From the IMG/VR virus record IMGVR_UViG_3300020047_004915: DNA of 20,000 nt; one strand, 5' to 3'. The position numbers and the translations under genes are program-made. This document shows, one piece after another, positions 1 to 7,800 of the stretch. The notes below the pieces were generated by a model. The model made no database searches. It was not told the origin of the DNA and was given only the letters and a program-made list of their open reading frames with translations. The stretch comes from an uncultured virus (IMG/VR IMGVR_UViG_3300020047_004915). Its lineage: Duplodnaviria; Heunggongvirae; Uroviricota; Caudoviricetes; Schitoviridae. Each line of letters opens with the position of its first letter. Positions within the stretch are counted from its first letter, which is position 1.

Positions 1-1
1 C

Positions 2-412
2 TCTGAACAGGATACTGAACAAAAGGTAGTGAACCTATGGTCTTCTGATGCCAAGGCAGAGGTACCTACCAAGGTAGATATGTTCATGGATTTGATTGGC
101 AAGGAAATCATTGCCGGTGTACTGAAACAAACCGTGGATAAGACAACCAAGGATGCTACAGGGGCTTACGTAGCTACAGGTGAAACCAAGGAAGAGAATG
201 AAGTAGATAAGTTCTTCCGTGCAGAAGACCGTATGACTACTGCTGAGATTCGTGCCAAAGCAGAAAGTGCAGTCTTCATTGACCAATGGGAAACCAAGTG
301 GGCTGGTAAGGTCAAAAACAAGGCTAAAGGTGCTGGTGAAGGCGGAGCTAAGGCTGGTGCACCAAAGCCTGCAGGAGCCTCTACGAAGCCATCCAGCAGC
401 CTCTTTGGTTAA
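2..412 (+). CDS. N4-type single-stranded DNA-binding protein (gp45-like), 5'-truncated by the window edge
   Basis: The frame is open from position 2 (SEQDTEQKVVNLW...) to TAA at 410-412. The C-terminal half resembles N4-like SSBs (ENEVDKFF...TTAEIRA...FIDQW...W.GKV) and has a Gly/Ala/Lys-rich flexible tail ending SSSLFG. Its position a few genes from the convergent vRNAP matches N4 gene order. Confidence 0.75.
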   Translation, partial: SEQDTEQKVVNLWSSDAKAEVPTKVDMFMDLIGKEIIAGVLKQTVDKTTKDATGAYVATGETKEENEVDKFFRAEDRMTTAEIRAKAESAVFIDQWETKWAGKVKNKAKGAGEGGAKAGAPKPAGASTKPSSSLFG

Positions 413-429
413 TACCCATCCCAACACAT

Positions 430-452
430 AGCCGCTGCAAAGCGGCTTTCTA
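430..452 (+). terminator. Stem-loop after SSB; probable weak intrinsic terminator or mRNA-stabilising hairpin
   Basis: AGCCGCT-GCAA-AGCGGCT (7-bp stem, GNRA tetraloop) followed by TTCTATT, starting 18 nt after the SSB stop. Confidence 0.6.
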
Positions 453-468
453 TTGCCCGGAGAAACGT

Positions 469-780
469 ATGACAGATGAACCAGAAATTACCTTCGTATC
501 TGCAGATGATCCCAACTGTGTGAGTATGCTCATAGGTAGCATCCTTGAATGGCACTCTCATGGTATGGACACTATCCAACATCTGTTGGATGTTCCTGAG
601 AATACTGAGACTGTGATCATCATGGAGGGTGTAGAACATCCTATGAATCTTAGTGGAGATATGCGTAAAGCATTTATTGCTGGAGTTGTTGCAGCATCCT
701 CTGCATTTGTGGAACTTCCTTTTGTTCCATCAAGTAAAGAGGACAGTACTGATGAATCACAAGTCAACACTCTTCAATAG
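469..780 (+). CDS. Hypothetical acidic phage protein, 103 aa
   Basis: ATG at 469 is preceded by a GGAGA RBS. The ORF fills the gap between SSB and the resolvase. No motif recognised. Confidence 0.75.
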   Translation: MTDEPEITFVSADDPNCVSMLIGSILEWHSHGMDTIQHLLDVPENTETVIIMEGVEHPMNLSGDMRKAFIAGVVAASSAFVELPFVPSSKEDSTDESQVNTLQ

Positions 781-1357
781 TGGTTTACGTGTAGTGGGGT
801 TTGATCCTTCGCTACGTAACTGGGGCATTGCTTCAGGAATGTACTATCCCAATGAAGATGGGAGACTTTCAATAGAATTATTGGAAGTTACACAACCAGT
901 ACTTCCCAAAAGCAAGCAAGTAAGGCAGAATAGCCTCGACTTGTTAGCAGCAGCAGCTTTAGCAAAAGCAGCATTCGATAGTATCATTACTGCCGATGCT
1001 GTATTTGTTGAAGTACCCGTAGGAAGCCAAAGTTCTAGGGCAATGGCTTCATACGGAATATGTGTTGGTATACTAGGTGCACTAAGATCAGGAGGAACTC
1101 CTTTCTTTGAACTTAGTCCAGAAGAAGTAAAAAAAGCATCAGTAGGTATTAAGACTGCCACTAAAGCTCAGATGATTGAGTGGGCAGTAGCAAAACATCC
1201 TGAAGCCAACTGGCCAACACATAAGAAGAATGGAGAAATCCATGTTACTGAATCTTCTGCAGAACACATGGCAGATGCTATTGCTACCATATATGCAGGG
1301 TTATCCTGTCAACCGTTCCAACAAATGCTGGCCCTAATTAAAAGGTCAGCAACTTAA
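752..1357 (+). CDS. ruvC: RuvC-like Holliday junction resolvase (RNase H fold), ~201 aa
   Basis: RuvC-type motifs are VVGFDPSLRNWG (catalytic D), VFVEVP (catalytic E), P.EVKKASVG..TATKAQMI.WA, and EHMADAIA (C-terminal acidic residues). I moved the start from 653 to the in-frame ATG at 752, which has GAGGA upstream and gives only a short overlap with the previous gene. Confidence 0.85.
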   Translation: MNHKSTLFNSGLRVVGFDPSLRNWGIASGMYYPNEDGRLSIELLEVTQPVLPKSKQVRQNSLDLLAAAALAKAAFDSIITADAVFVEVPVGSQSSRAMASYGICVGILGALRSGGTPFFELSPEEVKKASVGIKTATKAQMIEWAVAKHPEANWPTHKKNGEIHVTESSAEHMADAIATIYAGLSCQPFQQMLALIKRSAT

Positions 1358-1370
1358 CCGAGGAAGTACC

Positions 1371-1646
1371 ATGAAAATTGCATTGAATCAAAGTGAAGTT
1401 GTTGCTGCTATCCGTGGCTATGTTGCAGCCCAAGGTATCGACATGGCCGGTAAGCAACTGGATGTTACCTTTACCTCTGGTCGTAAGGGTAATGGTTTGA
1501 CTGCTGATCTGGACATCTACACCCAAGCTGAAGCTTCTGCTGTTGTGGTTGAAGATGTTGTAGTGGAAGACGTTGCTGAAGTCCCTGCTCCTGAAGCTCC
1601 GGTAACAGTTGCTACGACTGAGGAAACCGGCAGTCTGTTTGGTTAA
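1371..1646 (+). CDS. Hypothetical phage protein, 91 aa, with an acidic low-complexity tail ending SLFG
   Basis: GAGGAAG RBS before ATG at 1371. The N-terminal part looks globular (MKI.L.Q.EV..AI..YV..QGID...V.FT.GRK.NGL.AD.DI) and is followed by an E/V/A/P-rich tail. Confidence 0.85.
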   Translation: MKIALNQSEVVAAIRGYVAAQGIDMAGKQLDVTFTSGRKGNGLTADLDIYTQAEASAVVVEDVVVEDVAEVPAPEAPVTVATTEETGSLFG

Positions 1647-1652
1647 GACACC

Positions 1653-1832
1653 ATGCAGGCATTCTTCAATGTTGTAATGGTGATGTTGGCGGTAACAGTA
1701 GCGGCAATTTGTGTGATGGTAGTAGTGTATGCTGGTGCCATTATTGCAATCGTAGGTTCAGCACTCCTCATAGGATTCTTGATCTACTACTGTGCCAAAG
1801 AGTACATCCTGTACAAAAGAGAAGAAGACTGA
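1653..1832 (+). CDS. Small membrane protein, 59 aa, probably two TM helices (not in the ORF track)
   Basis: Hand translation gives MQAFFNVVMVMLAVTVAAICVMVVVYAGAIIAIVGSALLIGFLIYYCAKEYILYKREED*. It has ~48 uncharged residues then a charged C-terminus, and fits between the 1646 stop and the terminator. Confidence 0.75.
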   Translation: MQAFFNVVMVMLAVTVAAICVMVVVYAGAIIAIVGSALLIGFLIYYCAKEYILYKREED

Positions 1833-1838
1833 TGCAGG

Positions 1839-1869
1839 AGAAAGCCCCCAATTAAGGGGGCTTTCTTTT
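1839..1869. terminator. Bidirectional intrinsic terminator between the convergent middle and late transcription units
   Basis: AGAAAGCCCCC-AATTAA-GGGGGCTTTCT is an 11-bp inverted repeat with T-rich runs on both strands. It lies between the + strand stop at 1832 and the vRNAP stop at 1874. Confidence 0.85.
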
Positions 1870-1873
1870 GACC

Positions 1874-4800
1874 TTACAAACCCAACATCCTTAGAGTTGC
1901 AATGTTATCCACAACCCCAGGATATTCCAAAGCCCCTGCATGTAACAAACCACCCCCATAAGAATCCCCAAACACACCAGAATCATAGATCATCGGCAGA
2001 GCATCAATGTACTGATTCAACAGCAATGTAGTCAGTGAACTCAAAGGATGATTACGAGCAAGATACAAAATCACCTTCTGAATCCGAATCAAGTACTTCG
2101 TGAACATCACAAAACCCATGTCATTAGCCCACTGCAACTTACGATGTGAAGGTATGTCATAGTTGATGAATGCATCTGAAGCAGCTTGAATAGCAGCATC
2201 ATGTGTCATGGGATTACGCGCCTTATTCGTCATGTGTTGATACAGAGCATACCTAGCTATAAAGTCACTATGCTGAGTCACAGAGCTAAGTGTTTGATAC
2301 ATCCAACCATCTCTAGACATGTACAAGAACTTAGCAACTTTCTGTACATTCTTGTGCTTATCCAAGTGCTTGTTCACCTTAGCAGTCAATCCACTCTTGT
2401 ATGAGTAAGCATCTTCATCTGAAGCCACATCCTCAACAATAGTCGGCATCAAACCTTCCTCAATCAGCTTGCTCACTGGGTTACGTGCAATATCATTTTC
2501 CAGCAAAGCAATCTGTCTCCGTGTTTCAGCCTCATCCCTTACATATCCAACTTCCAGTTGATGCTTCAAGTAAGCCAACTTATCTGCATCACGATGATAA
2601 GCACGAGCGCCTAGTATTGCAGTTCTCCAGTACTTCCAGATTTCAAACGGAGTCAACCCATACGCTATCAATTCAAAGTAGTTACTGGTGATGTTATTAA
2701 GCATAACGATCCCAGTCTTCATCACAATGATATCCTTGGTTTCAGCAACAATCTCTTCCCATACATCACCTACATTATTCAACCAGCGTTGTGCACGCTC
2801 TCTCGCAATTGTTCTATCACCTTCATGGCTTGTGCGTGCAAACATGATTGAGAAAACATCAGTGATGATCTTTGCATACATATTCCCTTCAGCAGCATTA
2901 CGGAATACAGCATCAGTAGCACTGCTCTTACGATAACCGAAGAGCAAGTCCAGAGTGTCATAACGAACCAACATACCTTGTGGCCCCCAAACCTTGAGAA
3001 TGGCTTCACGAGTTTCCTTAGGCAACTTCAAGGCAATCTCTCTAATCTCAGGATCAGAACTCAAAGGACTCACACGTACATATGACCTAGCATCTCCTGC
3101 TTTGTTGGCATGGTAGAAGTCATACAGTTCACGTACTACCTTCTCATTTAGTTCAAGGCTGCTGTCACTATCAAACACATTACTAGCAAGAGTACCCAAC
3201 AACTGACTGAAGTTATTGTTACGCTCTTGCACACTATCCTTGATATGCCCCGGAAGCACTTGCTTGTAATCAATAATCTTCATCTGATCATTGATAGTAG
3301 GTCTAGCCCATAGTTGGGTACCCACTGTAGGATCGAAACCAGTGTAAGCAGTACTCAGTAATTGGTTTACATACGGTTCCCTTAGCATAACCTGGTTATC
3401 AATACCTACTTGCTCAATCTGACCAGACACAGTGTTAGGGTTAATACGCTTCATCAGCTTACCTACATAACGTGTAGACAAACCAGAGTAGGAGAACACA
3501 CCACTTAACCAAGGACGCATACCGCTACCTTTGATGGTGTAGATACGTGCATCACTGCTGTTGTCATATCTATCCAGTTCCACAGGTGCAGACTTAGAGT
3601 ACCCAAGCTGTCTAAGTCGCTTATCTTCCTGCATTCCAGCAACCATAACCTCTACGTGTGGGTTTAGCACTTCAGGTACAAATCCCTTAGGTACAAGGTA
3701 AGTTTTACCCTTGAACATCTTCTTGGTAGCTTCCTCAATGTAGTGTTTATGAGCTAACAGTGTCATATGCACACCATTACCCTTATCACCACGCGAGAGT
3801 TGTTCACGCATGATGTTAGCCACCATCTCCCGTTGTTGGTCAGCAACATTACCTGACAAGATAGCTTGCAGGGTAGCCAACTTATCAATCATAGGTATGG
3901 CTTGAGTAGTAATAGCACTAGGCACCTTACCTGACTTCTCTGTACCAGCAAGAGTAGAAATCTGGATTGCATTACCCAAGACATGTTGAGTCTTGTCTTC
4001 CTCTGTCATCAAGCTATGCCCCAAAGCCTTGGCAGTAGTAATGTAGAAGTTAGCCAGTCCAGGAATACCCTTCACTTTCAAACCATTCAGTGATTGCTCA
4101 ATCTTGGTAATCTCAGCCTTGAGGTAAGACTCATCAGAGAACAGTTTCTCAATCTCTTCCAGAGACATGGTATCCAGCAACATGAAGGCACCTGACCGAA
4201 TCAGATACTTGGTCATGGCTTCACTTTCTTTCTTGGAGAAAGAACGCTTACCAAAGGAAGCAAGCACAGTATTGCTAACCGTAGTCATAATACCTTTACG
4301 CTGATTCTCCAAACGTTTGCTAATACGACCGAGTTTATGCAATGGAAGAGTGGCTTCAGTAGCTCCCCGCATCTCATTCAACACACCCATAGCCAAGCCA
4401 TACTGATGCTGGCCAGCCTTGCTATAAACCTTGCGAGTAGCCTCAGCCATTGCTTCTACTTGATCTTGTGCAGTGACTCTCACAGCAGTTCCCAAAGCCC
4501 CTACAAAGGCATTCTTGCTCTTGGTGAATACTCTGCTATTCCCAAACTTGTACAGGGCTTGCTTGCCCTTGTTGGTGAGGTATTCAGTACCTGCTTCAAT
4601 ACGATCACCAAGCTTGTCCGGTTGCATGAGACGATGACGCTTCTTCATCTCAATACCCACCAAAGTCTTCAGCAGAGATTCCATCTTCACATCTGCTTTC
4701 TGACCAGAGTAAGTCTTGGTAGCACGACTCTCAAAAGCATTGAGCACCTTGTTAAACCATGACAGCAGACGTTCTGTAAATGTTGTAGGCACAGGAGTAG

Positions 4801-7800
4801 CTTCACGATTCTGAGAGCCATACTGGAATAGTGCATTGACCTCTTCTACACCCAAAACCATGGCAGCAAAGCGAGCAATGTGATTGGACTTACCATCAAC
4901 ACCATTCTCTACTTTGAACAGGAAAGCATGGAGAGCTTCAGCACGCTGCTGTTCAGTCTTAGTTGCAGCAGCAAAGTTAGGCAACATGGCTTGTGCATTG
5001 GGATACTTCTTGTATGCCTCATTGAACATCCGAGTGAGTTGGGTGTATGCAATGGTGGTATGACCTTCATTGTCTTCGATGGCAGCACGTACAGTAGCTT
5101 CAATCTGTTCTGCAACAAACTGCTCTTGCTCACTCACCACGAAACCAGAGGCAATGATGTCAGACACAAAGGGGAATGATTGATCATTCACAGCCTTGGC
5201 ATATACATCTAAAGGAGACAATGCAGAGCTATCAGCAACTGCCTTGGCAAGCGTACCAAACGGGCCATGAAGGGTGTTCACGATACCATTCAATATACCT
5301 TTGAGGTGTGCTTCAAAAGACGCCTGCAAAGTGCCTTTAGATAAACCATCAAAGATTTCTACTGTAGTGTACTTACGTACCGTAGCAGCAGGAGAATGAC
5401 TACGAATAATCGTGTCAGATACTGCCTTGGTAGTATTGGTTTCCTGTTCTGCAATCAAGCCAGACACATTGTTGATCAATGCGCCAAAGACTGTTTGAAG
5501 TTTATCTTGGGTTAATCCAAGAGCTTTAAACACTGTCCGTACAAAGGCTTTGAATAGTCCTTCAGTGGTGTAAGCAATACCCTGAAGGTCAATCATGAAC
5601 TCTTTATTGGTAATACCATAAGTGATAAATTCATCCAGATTCTGTATCAAGTCTGGTGATCCAAACACCCTAGAGTACTTGGCTTCAAGGGTTACTTTAG
5701 CCAATTCATACATCTTGGTAATTTCAGCAATAGCAGCTTTTTGTACGTCTGTTTGGTTCTTGGAAACCAACGCAGCAGACAATACAGAGTGAACCAGTTC
5801 ATGCAGAATAGTCTCTGGAGTAACAGAACTATTCTTGTACATGTGACCACGTACATAGAGAGTGGCCTTACCTTCATCCAAAACAAATTGAGCAAACTCG
5901 TTGCCAGTCATAACCTTTTCAGGTACATCACTACGTTTTACATCTTCAGTAAGATACACCACCTTAAAGTCAGGAATAAGCTTCATGATGCTATTCAATA
6001 GCATATCGAAGTAAGGAATCTTGGCTTCAGAAGTAATAGCTTTCAGTGCTTGTACCAAAGAATCTTTGGTTACATTAGGCTGTGAAAGTGCAGCCACTAA
6101 CCCAGGGAATTTAGCAGGTGCAGTAGTCAATTCTCCCCACGCAGCAGCGTTAGCTTTAGCGGTCTGAAGTTCACTGACAATACGTTCAAAAGTAATAATC
6201 TGAGCTGTTACATCAATCCCTGCCAAAGCAGTCTTATCTCCCTTCTCTGAAGCAATAATAGCTTCAATCACAGCAAGAATTGTTGCATCTGTTACTGGAT
6301 TCAACAGAGTCTTCAATGCTTTGATAGCACCTGCACGTTCAGATTTACCAAAGTAGGTGTAGGACGCCTTAGCCTCTTTAAGTAGGATACTTAAGTGGGG
6401 AGTTAATCCTACAGCAGTATTAGGTGGTGAGCTTTGCGTAGTAGGTGTGAGTACATTCACCAATACATTCTTGACAAAGACACCCAAACCTTTAGCACTG
6501 CTTTCCCTATTACCAGCAATATTCAAGGTAGCGGGTTTGTGTTCTTCAAGGAAAGCTTTTACTTGTGCAGCAGCTACACTCCCTTTCTTGGTAGAAACCA
6601 CAAGGTAAGGTTTGCCGTGTTTCTTGGCAAGACGTACTGTCGAATCAGAACCTGGAGACTTCTCAGCTACATTGAAAATGATAGTAGCATCACTGTTCAC
6701 TACGTTATCTTCTGTACGTCCCGGATAACTAGGAAGTGCATGTTCGGTTACACCGAAGTCTTTAAGAGATGCATCATCTCCAGTTTCTGTTCTATACCCT
6801 TTAGGTGCAGTACCTCCAGTTTGAAGCCCAAGTGCTTTACCTGCTTCCAATCCACCTCGATCACCGCCAGTCTGTCCACCGCTGATGATCTTAGTTACTC
6901 CATAAGGAGTGCCTGTGTTAGTGGTACTAGCTTTCTTGGTTTGAAGTAATGGTTTGGTAGCTAAGATAGCTTGCTGTTGTTCAGGTGTGAATGCCTTATC
7001 TACAGTCATCAGCTTAGCTGAAGCAGCTTGACGCATAGCATCTGTAACTTCCAGAGCACCACCTTCATAAGCATATTGACTCAGGTAAGCCATGTTAGCC
7101 ATGAAGCCAAGTTTCTGGGTATCTGCCTGTGCTGCATAACCGTACAGAGCAGTCATACTCTCTACAATCTGAGCATAGGCATCTTTGCTGTTAGCCTTTC
7201 TGCTAGGATCAGGTTGCTTAAGATGTGCAGCCAGCATACTGATATAAGCATCAGCCTCTTCCTTGGTCATGGAAGCCACAACAACAGGAATAGCTTGGAT
7301 AGTACGCATCAAACCATTGGCTACTTCACGTACAGGAGAGTATTCAAGCAAAGCATTCCAAAGGTTTGTATTCAAACGATGTGCTTGATCAACAATCCTA
7401 CCCACACCAGTTAAATCAGCATCGTGGATATTGAGAGCTTCAGTACCTTTCACTGCACCATGGGAGGTTCTGCTATCCAGAGAGTGAGTAGGCATAGCCA
7501 CCATACTGACACTAGGAGAGTCATCCAGATTCTCATAGCCATAGGTAGTCATGGTAGACAGTGAAGTACCATCTTCCAATTGGAATGGTTTGAAACGAAG
7601 TACTGATCTATATCCCGGACGACGTGATTCCCTACGATTACGCTTACCCATCATAGGAATACGAGCATCAGCACCATTGTCACTTTCCTTGGAGAACTGA
7701 GTAGCTACAGTAGGCAACATCCCTTTGATACGCTCACGGATAGCTTCCTCTTGTTCAAAGGTAATACTGTCACCAATCATATCTCTGAGGTACTGGTACG

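Noticed and set aside
653..751. N-terminal extension of RuvC in the ORF track
   Set aside because: It would overlap the 469-780 gene by 128 nt. The ATG at 752 has an RBS and puts the catalytic Asp near the N-terminus, as usual for RuvC.
1542..1580. Imperfect 15-nt tandem repeat encoding VVVED-VVVED-VAE
   Set aside because: It is a short low-complexity duplication in a disordered tail, with no sign of being a functional array.
1792..2031. 79-aa + strand ORF
   Set aside because: It crosses the bidirectional terminator and overlaps both the 59-aa gene and the vRNAP end.
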